In this document: piece after piece, positions 37,632-50,757 of the stretch
How the letters are laid out: each line of letters opens with the position of its first letter
Position numbering within the stretch: the first letter of the stretch is position 1
Assembly: GCA_958009085.1 (NCBI GenBank)
Contig: OY253685.1
Span: 620,001 to 684,000 of the forward strand
Origin: Protoeuglena noctilucae
Lineage: Eukaryota
Direction of reading: 5' to 3'
DNA length: 64,000 nucleotides
Made by a program: the position numbers and the translations under genes
The notes under the pieces: generated by a model
Database searches by the model: none
What the model saw: only the letters and a program-made list of their open reading frames with translations
Told to the model about the DNA's origin: nothing

Positions 37632-38581
37632 TGTCTCATGGCTCTCAGGGCCTCTGCTGGTGTCACGTAACTTCCGCTGGTGCCCAGTCGCGGGCACGGC
37701 AGTGGCAATGAGCCCATAAGCCAAGCGCCACCCCCTCACTCTGTTTGGATAGGTCCCACCCTCGCCCTTGTTCTCGCGAAACGCCTGCCCGGCTGGCGCC
37801 TGTTGGGATGTATCTTCAGCATCTTGAAATCCACTCTATGATGCGTGAGACCCTGTTGGTGTCTATCGTGTCGCACTGACCAAGGTAGTTATCCAAAGGC
37901 TCTCATCGAAGGTCACTACAGTGGGTACCGTTTGTCTTTCCTGGTTCAATGACCGGGTCGAAAGGGCGGGGTGGCAAGGCATCGCCGGATGCTCACACGC
38001 TGCCAAAGAGGCGCCGACGACGCACATCGCGTGGCTGCAAGGCTGGCTGAGTTAAGCACGGAAGGGCGCCCGTGGGCGAGGGCGGGCGTGAAACAGGTCA
38101 TCAAGCGATCGGGAGGGGGTAAGGCAGTGAATCTAGGGTTCTAGAGGACTAGAGAGATGGGGCGGGCCAAGGTTATGCAGGGAAAAGAGCGAGCGGTGGA
38201 GAGCAAAGCTCCCAGGGCTGTGATAGCGTATCTCAGGCCCCTGGATAACGGGTAGTCACCCAGCACATGCCCTGCACTCCCTCTGCCACCGTGCGATGGC
38301 TGCGTGAAACCTGCAGGGCGGCCCCTCGGCACAAAGCGCCACGGTCGCTCGAGTGTGACTGGTGGGCTCGACAAGCAGTTCCGACCGTCACAACCCATGG
38401 CGATCACCGAACGGCGAGCCACAGTGACACGGGAGGTGAAAAAAGGAAGGCGGACTCCACCCTGAGCCCGTGAGCACACCGCCGGCGAAGCGGGGGCGAT
38501 ATGTGCCGGCGTGCGCCCCAGCCCCGCGCCCCCTCATGCAGGTTACCCCCGGCGCTGGTTGGTCGCACCAAGCGGCCCTCT

Positions 38582-41500
38582 TCATGCAGCGCCGAGAATC
38601 TGCTTCTCCTTGCGCTCAAGGTTCCTGGCCTTAAGCATGTTGGCCGCCGTGAGTGCGCCGAAGATGGCCGCGGCACCAAATGCGGCGTACGAGGCGGCGG
38701 TCATGGGCACCACGGCCAGCACCGTGCCCACGTTGACCATCATCGACGCCATGATGGCCGTCGCCGTCGCCTGCTGCGTCACCGCCACGCGCGCCAAAGC
38801 ACGCTCGGCCTCCAGGGCCCTGCAGGAGTGACACACAGGGATGGGCACGTTACCACAAGTGACGGCAAGTTGACGCAATGAGTCCAAGGGCCGTCGGGGC
38901 CGTCCGCCCTTCATATGTAAGACATATGAAGCATGGGCTTGTTCCCACCCAACCCCACCCAACCTGCCAGCATCGACTCTAGTCGCTCGCCTGACCCTCA
39001 GCTTCAGGTCCCCCCTCTCGAGCCTCTGCGCGAACCCGGCCACGTCCTCGATCATGTTGGGCCCCCGGAACAGGTTGACGACCGCCCGGTTCTGCAGCGC
39101 CGCGCGCTGCTTGAGCTCCTCCTCCCATTTCTTGAGCAGCGGGCGGGACTCGAGCAGCAGTCCCCGCGCGTAAGGGGCCGACACCTCCGTAATGTCGAAC
39201 TTCTTGTCGAGCGCCTTGCCGATGCCGTCGAGGACCGTAAAGGATCGAACCACAAAGGTGAACTCCGCCGGGAAGCGGAACGGCTGGTCCTGCGCCACGC
39301 TGAGCAGGTCCTCGCCGATCGCCTCCAGGATCTGCTTGCGCCGCATCTTGGCCTCCTCCTTGCTCTTCGGTTTCTTGAACTCCTGGCCGTACTCCGTCCC
39401 CATCTCCTCCCGCTGCACCCGCTGCTCGTCCAGACGGGTCTCGAAAGACTTGAGGAAGAACTCGCCCACACGGCGCACCGCCGTGCGGTCGCTCCCCGGG
39501 TTGGGGATCAGCACGCCCATCTGCACGAGGGCGTCGATGCAGCGGTCGGCGTCCTTGGCGTAAACGCCGTAGAAGAGCTTCAGCAGGCCCTCGCGCACGC
39601 CCGGCCGCAGCTGCCCCATCATGCCGAAGTCGTAGTAGATGAGCTTGCCCGTCGCGGGGTCCACGGACACGTTGCCGGGGTGCGGGTCTGCGGTGGGGAG
39701 AGGTGGGGGGTGAGTGGATCGTGGGTGACGGGGCAGCAAGCGTGCGTGGGGCGCTGTCGTCACAGTCGTGCATCCATCTCCGATAGCTATATAAACTATA
39801 TATGGTGAGCACCAGCGTAACATCCATGCAACATTATACATGACATCACAATCCATGCAGCCACTCTCCGCCTGCGCCTCACCGGCGTGGAAGAACCCGT
39901 GCCGCAGGATCTGAATGAGGTACGACTCCACGGCCAACCTGGCGATCTGCTTCTCGTCGATCCCCTGCTTGACCAGCTCCTTCTTCCTGTTGATCTTGAT
40001 GCCGGGCACGTACTCCATCACCAGCACCTGGGGGGAGGTGTAGTCCCACAGCACGCGGGGCACGCGCACCCACTGCTGGGGAGGGAGTGAGAGGGAGGTG
40101 AGGAGAGAGGAGTGGGTGAGACGAGTGTTACTCCGCACATCCATGGCCATCTCGATTCACATCTCCTACATCTGTTCGTGTCAAGCACCCGCCCCGCTCT
40201 CCGGCCCATCATGCACCCTCCACTCTCGCCAACCTCACAACTACAGTCCACGTCGTCACCCACAATCCTCATTCTACCCCTTTATCCATTCAGCAATCCC
40301 CAACACAACCCCACGCACCTCTGTTTCCGCGAAGTTCTCCCGGAAGCGGTCGGCGTTGTTGCCCTCCTGGCGGTAATCGATCTCCTGGTACAGGATGCGG
40401 CTGCACTCGTCGTAGATGGCAACCCAGTCCCTGCGACACACGAACACGGCAGATGCAACCCGGTCAGTGCAGTTCCAGTTGGGAAGGTTTCCTTTCCTAC
40501 CCCGCAGCCCCTGCCTGACCGCCCCACCAGGTCGGCACTACCGCATTGTTTACCGCATTGTTTACCGCATTGTTTACCTGGCTGTGCCGTCCGTCTTGGG
40601 GTCGAGCTTCTGCAGCCATTGCGCCAGGACGCGCACATTCTTGAGATCGATGTCGAAGAGCTCCTTGAGCCCTGGGCGCTGGATCTTGACGACCACCTTG
40701 CGACCCTCGCCGGGTGGGGAGCCGTCCCGCAGGCGCGCCAGGTGCACCTGCCCCAGCGACGCGGCCGCGATGGGCTCCGCCTCGATATGCTCGAAAACCT
40801 CAGACACCGGGCGGCCCAGGCTCGTCTCCAGGATGCGCATGGCGGCCCCGCTGTCAAACGCCGGGACGCGGTCCTGCAGCTGCTCCAGCTCCTCGATGAA
40901 CTCCTTGCTCAGCACGTCCACGCGCGTCGAGAACTGCTGCCCGATCTTGATGAACGTCGGGCCTAAGCGCACCAAGCCCTCGACCAGCCACTTGGCCAGC
41001 TCCCGCTTGCGCGCGCTCACGCGCTGCGGCGTCATGCCCTCGCGGCCGTACGTGAAGCGGCGACCGAGGAGCCAGTATCGAAAGAAGAACTTGACGGCGA
41101 ACGACCAGATCTCCCAACTCCGCTGCAGCGTCGAGTAGCCCTTGATCTTGCTCCACCGCGCCGGCGCCGCGTACGGCGTCCCCGCCGCGGACGACAGCGA
41201 CTCCTCCTCCGATTGCTGCTCGTCGCCGCTCTCCGCGTCCCCCGCGCCCGTCTCCCGCGGGCCCGCCACCACCTCTGCCTCCACCGCTGCCCCGGATGAC
41301 GATGCCCCCGCCTCCGCCCCCGCGCCGCGGACCGGCTCCGCGCCGTTCGTCCCCGGCTCCTCCACTCGCACCGTCAGCTCCTCCTCGCCCGCGTGGGCCG
41401 CGCCGTGCCCGTTGGCGCCGTTGGCCCCGTTCACGCGCGCCACGCCATTGCCATTGCTCGCGCCGTTCCACGGGCGATCCCCGCCCTCGTCTTCGTCCAC

Positions 41501-41968
41501 CCGCCTGACCGCAGACTCCGCCACCGCCTGCGGCAGAGGAGAGCCGGGCGGAGTCTGCAGCGCCGGCACAGGGCGCGCGCGTTGCCCGCTGCCCGCCCAA
41601 AGAGAGCTGCGAGCGCCTGCCCCGCCACGCAGCTGGCGCGGCATCGCGGCCACAAGCCACGCTTCGCAGGAAACGGGGGGCGAGGCCCCGGCGCCGCGGA
41701 AGCCGCACGCGCCCGCGGGCCAGCCCGGGGCCCCAGGAGAGAATCTGGTGCGCGCCGGCCGCTCGCGCGCCCGCCTCGTGGCAAGGCGCGGTCGGCGAAA
41801 CGCATACGAAAGCGCAGGACCCCTCCTCGCGCACTGCCGGAGGACGGCCGGAATGCGCTTGGGGTCCAGATGCCGGGTCGATCTCCCGGGGCGCCGGGAA
41901 GCGACGCGCGTGGCCGGGACGGCCTCATTTACAGGCAAATGGCCGATGACGGCAAGGCTGCGCGACAT
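38582..41968 (-). CDS. ABC1K8: Chloroplast ABC1 atypical kinase, ABC1K8/OSA1 type
   Basis: WSKIKGYSTLQRSWEIW, LGPTFIKIGQQFSTRVD, PIAAASLGQVHLARL, VVVKIQRPGL, VMEYVPGIKI, GFFHADPHPGN, IYYDFGMMG, DQPFRFPAEFTFVVR. Confidence 0.92.
40539..40578 (-). repeat. Three 12-bp tandem copies of the intron 5' end (GTAAACAATGCG) in ABC1K8
   Basis: Plus strand (taccgcattgtt)x3 followed by tacc; the minus strand reads CAG|GTAAACAATGCG GTAAACAATGCG GTAAACAATGCG GTA. Confidence 0.9.
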
Positions 41969-42477
41969 CCGCCCGCATTCCGAGCCCCGCCCAGCCGAGC
42001 GCCCGAGGCCAAACAATCGAGACCCCGCGCCGGCGGCAAGGTCCCGGGCCCGTGGGGAGGGGCGGAAAAGCACAGTCGGATATATCGAGCATCGGCCTCC
42101 CGTGGTCTCGGGAGCCCCCGCCGTCGCCGGGTGCGTCACCTCAAAAGGAACCACGACGTCCGGGCGCCGGGACCGCCTCGCCGTGCCCCAGCTCCGTGGG
42201 GGCAGGCGAGGGGTGAAATGCGCCTGCGGGACCTGCCGCGAACATGCACCCAGGTGGGCTTGGGCCCGCAGAGGGACCCCCGGAGCCGCAGCGCCGCTCA
42301 TGCCCTGGCGACCGTGCTTGCGGGACACGGGGAAGGGATCATTGCGCCGTGTCGGCCGAGTGGGGACGAGAAAACGCGAGCCGGTCTGGCTCGTTTCTGG
42401 CGGGGGAACCCAACCGGCAGGTTCACATCTTGAGTGGAATCGTGACGCCCGCTACAGCAAGACACAGAGTGAGACAC

Positions 42478-44936
42478 CTAGAGATTCTTGCGGCTCTTGA
42501 GGACGGTGTCCACGAAGCCAAACGCGTCCGCCGTGTTCGCTGTGGCCGCGCGGGCCTGCCCCCGCGGCGCCATCGCGGCGCCAATGGCCGAGCCACCTCC
42601 CCGCGCCTCGAGCCCCGCCATCGGCATCATGGCAGCCGCGGGAGGAGGCCCCCCCGACATGCTCCACGGTGCATTGGGCCCGGCGCTGCCCATCGCCATG
42701 CTCGCCATACCCGGGGCCGGCGGGGCGTACATGGATGCAAAGGGGTCGGCGGTGGGGCAGGCCACTGCTGGCCCTGATGCAGTGGCTGACGTCATCCCTG
42801 ACGTAGATGCAGCGGGGGCCGACGTCGGGGCCGCGGCCCACGTGGCGGGGCTGAGGAGGTCGCCCATAAGATCTGCAGTCATGGTGTATGAAACGTGTCG
42901 TGTGAACCCGAGACAAACTGTGCGCACGCATCCCCGGTGCGTGCAACCCATCCGCGGCCCTCACCGGACAGCCCAGACGTGTCAGGCGCCGGGCGCATCG
43001 GCGGAGCAGGGTGTGATGCCATACCCGACCCGCCACCCAACAGGTCCATCCCACCCATTCCAGCCCCCGCTGCGCCCGCGGCCGCCGCCTTCGGCGCAGA
43101 CACTGCCGCAGCGGGTGCAGACGAGTGCGCAGCATCCGCCCCCAGCAGGTCCAGCCCCCCCAGCAAGTCCACTGCACCGCCGTTCCCCGATGCCGCGGGC
43201 TTGGACGCGCTCTCCGCCCTTGCGGGCGCGCCGCCGGCCACCCCACCCCCTGCGTGCGCCCCCATCGCACCAGCCCCGCTTGCCCCGCTCTCCGCCCCCA
43301 TCGCCGAGAGCACCTCGGCTGCCTTCTTGGCCAGCGCGGACTGCGGCGACCGCCCCGCCGCGCGCAGGGACTCGAGCGCCCCGGGCTTGGACAGCGCCTT
43401 GCGCGAGCGGTCGGCCGTGGTCGGGTCGTGGAGCAGTGCAGCCAAGGCACACAGCGCACGTAGGCCGGCCTCCCAAGGGTGCCCCTGCACGCGTTCCAAC
43501 AGGAGATCCACACCCTTGGCTGCAAGCGAGGTGTGCGGAGGCGAAGGTAGCAGGGTGGAAGCACTGTATGCGAGGTGCGGTGCCTTGAGCGGGGTGACGC
43601 GCGTCGATGCGACATCGGTGTGCCAGTCTCCCATACAAGATGACACCGAGCGTCACGCACCGAGGTTCCCGCCTTGCAGAGTGGCGACGACGGCCCGGAG
43701 CTCCTCGCGCGACGGTTGGAGTCGCACGCTGCCCCCACGCACCAAATCTGCCACCGCCGCCGCCTCCGGCGATGTCTCGCCTCCGTCTCCGTTGCCCGCG
43801 CCCCCCTCGAACTCCAGATTGACCCGCGGGGGCGGGGCGGGGGCCCTGGCGGCCGCGGCGGGCGCGTAGGCCGGCGGAGGTGCCACTGACATGAAGGCGG
43901 AGCGTGGTTGGGGTTGGGTTTGGGGTGCGTTGCGGAAGCCACCCGACTGGGGTGCCGGGGGCGGTGGGAGTGTCCCGGGACCTTGCGCATACGCATCTGC
44001 GATATAGGAACGCGAAGGTTAGCTTAGCAGAAGGGACTTGGAATGGGTGAGGCACTGGGGCAGACGACGCTCACAGTAAGCCAACCAAGGAGGGTAGCGA
44101 GCCATGCAGCTGCACGTGTTGTTGATCGCTGTTGCTAGTAGTGGCTTTGGAGCTGTTTCGCCAGCTGTCTCGCCTGAGGTGACGGCCCCCAGCCCATCAG
44201 AGAAGGGCGTGTACCCGGACCCCGCACCACGCCCCTGCCCCCCAGGCCCAGGCGCAGTGTTGCCCACGCCACCGCTCGCGTCGCTCGTCACGGCGCCCAG
44301 GCCGTCGCTGAAGAGCCCGCCGCCGGGCAAGGCGCCCCCCGAGCCCTGTAACACGCACGAGCGCACAACGCACGTCACGAAACGCGTCACGGGGCAAGCC
44401 ACCACAAGTGAACGTCGGTCTGATCGCGAGACGTGAGGCGCAAGACATGACGCACATGACACAGCACCAGGCAGCCGTCGCACGCCACTTTGGCCAGAGC
44501 ACACGCAATGGGTCTTTGCTAAAAGCCTCGTAGCAGGGACATCGACACACACCTGGGAGTACATGGACTCAGAGGCCTTGGACGCCCACTCCCGGACCTT
44601 GGCGTTGATCGACTGCCCCTTGAAAACGTCCGGCGGCCCCTGGAACGTTATGTGCTTGCGGATCGCCTCGGCTCCCTTGCGCTGCAACACCGCCCGAAAG
44701 GCTGGGGAGCCGTTCTTGGCGATGTAGTCGATTGCCCACAATGCCTTGTACTTAAGCGTCGCTTGTGCATTGCTCGCGTTGCTCAGGCGCGCAAGAAGGT
44801 CGTCCGCGACGGCGGAGGCGTCCGTAGGAGCCTGGTGCGTGAGCTTGACGAGCTCGTTGAGCTCGTAGATCGGCGGAGGAGCGTCCACGGAGCTGCACAC
44901 GGCCTCGATATGGCGCATGCGGTCCAGTCCGCCCAT
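42478..44936 (-). CDS. MTV1: Tepsin/MTV1-like ENTH-VHS domain AP-4 accessory protein
   Basis: ENTH-like PPPIYELNEL...LKYKALWAIDYI..NGSPAFR...FQGPPDVFKGQSINAKVRE; second domain LVRGGSVRLQPSREEL; disordered tail with DLL motifs and DAFGFV. Confidence 0.78.
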
Positions 44937-45545
44937 CAAGCTCTTGGCGAACTGCGGAATCGGATCGACGCAGGGGCTCGAGCTGCCCGTACGTTCTGCT
45001 GGAAGAAAGAGAGCCATCTGCGTCTCCCGGCACACCCCGCCAGCGTCACCTGCATCTCTACTTAGCTATGCGCGTAATGCCGAGGGCGTGGTGGCTCAAG
45101 CGCGGCGGGGATGACGCCTCGCTGCGAAGCAATGAACAGGCTGCCCTACCGCGCACTCTCGCGCCGGTATCCCCTGAAGCGAGTGAGCCAGGCGTGATTG
45201 ACACGATTCTCCCGCCCGCACACGCTGGCTGTTGGCGTCGACCAGCGTGGCTTCATGCCAGCTGGGCAGGCGTCAGTACGCGTCAGTTCCTGCAGCCCGC
45301 TGTCGTCACGGCTGAACTTCCTCGCGAACAGCACAGCGCACGACCATCATATGCGTCCGATCGTTAGCCGCGAGGGACAAACAACGCTATCAAGCTTTCA
45401 GGCGACTGCAAGCCTGGTCAAAGCAACTTTGCCTCGTTTGCGTCGCGATCCCCGCCTTGGCGTCGTTCTCGGGTCGCTGGTGAAGCTTCTCTGAGGCCCT
45501 AGACCCCTTTGGCAGCGCGCGTGCGCTGTCCTCGGGGGCCGCGGC

Positions 45546-48500
45546 ATGTCGCAGCCTGCGCCCCAGGCCCCTCTTCCGCCGGAAAAGTGAGAATAAGACA
45601 GCGAACATCTGCAGTGCCTAGTCAGTGTCACACTTCGCCCCGTTTGCCGCCGCTTCACGCGCCACGCTCCCGCTGATTCTCTCCCAACACTCGTACACAC
45701 TCGCCGCGCTCTCTGCAGTGTCCGGTGGTTCTACTATACCTTCCCGCTGGAGGCCCTGAACAGCCCCAAGGGCTCCAAGATTCTCCCCGCGCAGTTGGCA
45801 TCCGACGTCTGTCCCAAGGTCTGTCACTGTCTTCGAGCACCATGCACACGTCGTAACTCACTGCCTATCTAACTACTTAATAACTTATCTCCCACTTCAT
45901 CGCCGTGGCAACTTCTTCCGTCGCAGGGCTGCGTGCTCCCCTTCGCGTATCAGGAGTCGCTGGTCTTGGAAGCTGTGCACCGCCAGCACCCAAGCGTGCG
46001 TGCCTGCCCCCAGCGCGGCCACAAGGCGCCCAGTGCCACGGCATACACGGAATGGTGACGGTTGCGATACAAGAATGCAATTGGAAATGAATGCGATTGG
46101 AAAGGATGTGCAGCGTCGACTGTGTTTGGCCCAAGCGCCGCCTAGGCTATCAGCTCCCTGCTATTGGCTAGCTATCGGCCCAAATATGCACTGCACACCC
46201 GCCAATGCGCTCATCCACTTTCAGGAACTCGCGAGCGGACCAGCCGACCGAGCCCGGCACCGACTGCCCCAAGGTGTGCGTGAGGGGCGCGTTGTACGAC
46301 GCCCTGCTGGGGAGGCGCGAGATGGAGGCGGCGTACTGGCCAGGGTCCACGCACGCCATCGTCAGGGGCACGTGGTTCTGGTGAGGGTGGCAGGGTGATG
46401 ATAATGCGCTGTAGCTAGCTGCCTGTCACGCATGGCACGAACACCGTGCCATTCCCGCAGCAACGCCTCCAAGAAGGCTCCCAAGAAGGAGAAATGGGTT
46501 CCATTACGGGAATCCTTAGCAGATAAGATCGAGGAGATATGGGCGTCGAAGCCGTGGGTGCAGGGTCTGTCTGACGTGGCCCTGACCACAGCGGCGGGGG
46601 CGTGGGTGGTGTCGTTCCGAGGAGAGGGGGAGGTGTACCTGTCAGCGCAGGTGATGGGGTGTGTGGCGATGTGAGAGAAAGGGAGGGGGTTCAGTGATGA
46701 GTGTACCGGTCGGCGCAGGTGAGGGTGAGGCGATGAGAGAGAGAGAGGGTGTGGTGATGGGTGCCCTGAGTGGGGGTGACCTCCATTTACGAAACCCAAC
46801 CTTGCTGTGACCTCCAGGAGCCCTCGGCCATGGACAGGCTCAAGGGGTTCTTTCGCATGAAGAACGCCTCCAGTCTGCCGCCGGGAGCCATGGCCATCAG
46901 GCGAGAGCAACACGCAATGCGCAACGTGCAATGTTTCACGGCCGCCTCCCTGCCGCCACAGCGTGCGTCTGCTGCTTTGCTGCTTCCATTGCAGTCATAT
47001 CTCTACTCTCGCAGAACCCCGCTGCCCCTCTCACCCCACCGCCCACCCCAAACACCCCGCCTCTCCTCACTCGCAGGCGCGGCCTGGACACCTCCTGCCC
47101 CACCCCCCTGGGCTTCGATCTGGATGTGGACGAGTACGCGTCCAAGACGCCCGTCACCCACCTCGTGTTTACTGTGCACGGCATCGGGCAGAACCTCCCC
47201 TACACATCGACGGTGTGGAGCGACTCCAACGCCCTTCGGCGGCGCATGGTGAGGGGTGTTGGCGTGGAGTAGTGTTGCAGAGGGTGGGTTGCAATGCTTG
47301 GTGGGTGCGTGTTGGGGGGGAGTGGCATAGCAAAGCGGGGTTGGCGGCAGTCGCGAATAAAACAGAGGTCAATGACACCGCAAGCAAATCCACATCGATA
47401 CGCTCTCCCCTCAGTTCGCCTTGGCGGGCAAGCACATCCCCGCCGACGTCGCTGCTGCGGGGAGGGTCGAGTTCATCCCCATCAACTGGCGCAGCGCCAT
47501 CACCCTCGTGAGTGGCATGCATGGTATCTGCATGCAGCGTGATGCTGTATCCCGGCCCACTGCCTCAGTCGTTGATCCCGCTTCGCTTGCCATATGAAGT
47601 GCAGCCATTGGGACATATGATGGCGGCTGACCCTGGTTGACACCAGCTGGCCCATGAGCTATTTATGCTACAAGCACTCGTGCTGTTTCACTTATGTGCG
47701 TCTCACTAACATCGTCGTCGTCTCTGTCAACCGCAGCCGAGCGATGACCTCGTGCCCCTCGTGTCGCCCCAAGGGGCCGCCAATCTGCGATCCCTCATGG
47801 CCAACACCATGCACGAGGTGCTGGCCTACATGAGCCAGCCACAGGTGAGTGCAGATTGTGGTATTTTGCACAGAATGTGGTACACTCCCTCATTACCGCT
47901 CAGGTCAATGCTACCCTCACTCACTCACACCGCCACCCTCACCCGCCCACCCACACCACTGCAGGCACAGCAGATGGTCCACTCCCTCACCGCCACCCTC
48001 AACCGCGCCTACGCCAAGTTCAATTACCGCCACCGCTCCTTCCAAGGCAAGGTCTCTATCCTCGGCCATTCTCTTGGATCCGTGATGTGCTATGACGTGC
48101 TTTGCAACCAGCCGAGCCTCTACGCCAACCTGGGCGTACCCACCCGCCCCGCACCATCAACCAGCATCCACTTCCCCGCCCTGGCGTTCCCAGGCGAGTC
48201 GATGTTAATGTGATTTACGATGGAACATGATAAGCATGATAGTAAGAGAACATACACAGCACGAACACATGCGTGATGCGTCGAGCTGTGAGCCGTCAGT
48301 TGATGTTACTATCATCACTAATGATAGTGCGTAATCTGAGGTGATATGTGTACTATTTACGCTCCTTTTGCCCCGCAGTCGACAACCTCTTCCTCCTGGG
48401 CAGCCCCCTCACCGCCTTCCTCTCGCTGCGCGGGTGCAACCCCGCTGCCCCGGGAGCGTCCCCCACCACCCTCGGCATTCCCAAAGACAACAACAACAGC

Positions 48501-50109
48501 AGTAACAACAGTGTTAATGACAACAGAGTTCGCAGGGAAGACTCCCGCACCTCCATCGCCAACGCCCGCACCCCCAGCACCTCACAAGCCACCGCCGCCC
48601 ACGCCACAGCCACTGCCCTTGACGCGAGAGCCCCCGCCGGCCCCACCGCCCCGCACCCGCCCCCGCACGGCTACGGCGGCGTCGGGGACGGCCTGCCAGC
48701 TGTGCGCCGGCTGTGGAACGTGTTTCATCAGTATGACCCAATCGCCTATCGGGTAGAGCCCTTGGTGGATGTCGCCATGAGCGGGACGGCGGTGGTGGAG
48801 ATGCCGCGGGTGCCGCGGTCAGCATACGACGAGGTGAGAAAGGTGGTGTCCCTTTGGGTGTGCCAAACACCTCGCGCAGCACGTTCTCCCAGCATCCCCA
48901 TGTCACACATCACGCAGCACGTTCCCTTCCGCCCCCGCCCCCCGCAGGCGCTGGGCAGCGTGTCCGACAAGCTGTCCTCAATGCTTCACATGGCCAAGTC
49001 GACCATCAAGGTTGGGGATGCTGCCGTTGAAGCCGAGGAGGCGGCGGCGGAGGCGATGGACGCCGCGCAGCAGAACACCAGGCGAGCGGTGGGAGAGTTG
49101 GATGGGTGCATTTGATGATCGATGAATGGATGGATTGAATTGGATGAATTCAGTGAGTTGCCAATACCTCACTGTGAGTATCACTCACTTGTTCTCTCTT
49201 GGCTGGCTCATGCGCTGGTCAGGTGTGAAGGCCTTTCCTTGTCGCAGGAGCACGGTGGAGGAATTCGAATTCGCGACCGGGGACCTCCCCGGGTCGGAGC
49301 GGCGAGGCAGCGTCCCGGCCCCGTCGCTGCTCGCGTCCCGGGCCACCTCGGCATGGCGTGTCACGGTGAGATGGGGATCGTGCTGAGGACAAGACTGCCT
49401 GTTGATTGCGCTGCTGATGCATTGTGGATGGGACTGCCTTGGGTTATTGTGCTACTCCCTTGCGCACCCACAATTCACACAACACCCGAGACTCCCCCCA
49501 CGCCACCACGCCACCATTCCATGCCACACACAGCGCAACCCACTCCCGCCCTGCCCCCAGGGCGGCCTCCCCACCGCCCAGTCCCTGGGCCCCGACTGCG
49601 CGTCGATCAGCAGCGTGCAGGGGCGCATCGACGTGGCTATGCCACCCGACTCGTCCAACTCCATCGTGCAGGCCATACGCGCTGTCAGGGCGCATACGGG
49701 GTACTGGTGAGTGTGCGCATACGGGGTGGTACTGGTGAGCGTGTGCATGTGGGGTACTGGTGAGCGAGATTGTACTTGTCTTTATTGCTCGTGGTCGTGG
49801 GATCAGTGTATGGGAACGTTTGGGGCATGGTCCGGGCACAGGTGAGCCAAGCGGCATGGTGCGCGGGCGAGCGTTGCTGGGGCTAGTGGTACACTGCACT
49901 GTGTCACCGCTGATCGTCACCCTTGTTGGCCGCAGTGAGAGCAACAGCGTAGTACTCGTCGTCACTCTTAATCGTCACCATTGACTGTCACCTATGTTTG
50001 TCACCTCTGATACCCACTCCATGGTCGCAGTGAGAGCAACAGCGTGGCCCTCTTCCTCGCCCGCGTGTGCTACGGCATCGACCCTCTCGCCAAGACCAAA
50101 GCAGCGTGA
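45546..50109 (+). CDS. DDHD-domain phospholipase A1 (PA-PLA1/SGR2-like)
   Basis: VRWFY, VRGALYD...YW...IVRGTWF, THLVFTVHGIGQNL, VEFIPINWR, lipase motif ILGHSLGSV, NLFLLGSPL, NVFHQYDPIAYRVEPLV, GRID...AHTGY. Confidence 0.88.
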
Positions 50110-50757
50110 CGACATTGGTTTGCCAAGACCAGAGCCACGTGACCGCATCTGCACACTCGCCAAGACCAAAGCCACGTGACGACATTGGCTGATCAAGACC
50201 ATCGTAGCACTGACATCGAAAAGGTCTGTCGAGCTGATGTCTAGCACTGCTGCCTTGGACATGACCCACAAAGCCGACTGTTAGATGTGACGCGCACTGC
50301 TCCTGCCACACAGGGCCATGCGTTTCCAAGTGTCTTGTGTTTGTTTGTTCCCGATAGCCCATGTAAACCAGAAGATATGCCAAGCGGCCTTCAATGAGTC
50401 AGCTTGCGCTGTCACGACGCTGTGCGGCCTGCCTAGCACGATCACAACTAGGACCTTGATGCTTGAAACCCGATGCAATGCCATCAGGAGGATCCATCAA
50501 AAGGTCTCGTCCATTTAGCTACACTACAGTCAAAGACAGGGTGGGTCACGGAACAGCAAGGGCACAGAACGTGAGGTGAGGAAACGTCGCATGTCATGGT
50601 ATGCAGCTGGGTGCGTGTAGGCAAGGGGGCTCGCGATCCCCAATCCCACCGTCGGTCGTGGAAAGGAATTCATGCCAGAGATCACGGACCATGCGCGCCG
50701 TCAGAGTGCGTCCGCGTAAGATGCCCCGTCTCAGACGTCACGAGGCTTGAAGTAGAC

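Noticed and set aside
38133..38145. Telomere-like ctagggtt
   Set aside because: Single unit, no tandem array.
37740..38500. ORF-poor gap between the HVA22-like gene and ABC1K8 as a possible RNA gene
   Set aside because: No tRNA, snRNA or rRNA signature recognised; consistent with convergent 3' UTRs.
9816..41968. Apparent cluster of plastid-targeted genes (ISE2, CAH3, HOZ, NTT, ABC1K8)
   Set aside because: No shared pathway, interspersed with unrelated genes, and plastid proteins are a large fraction of algal genes.
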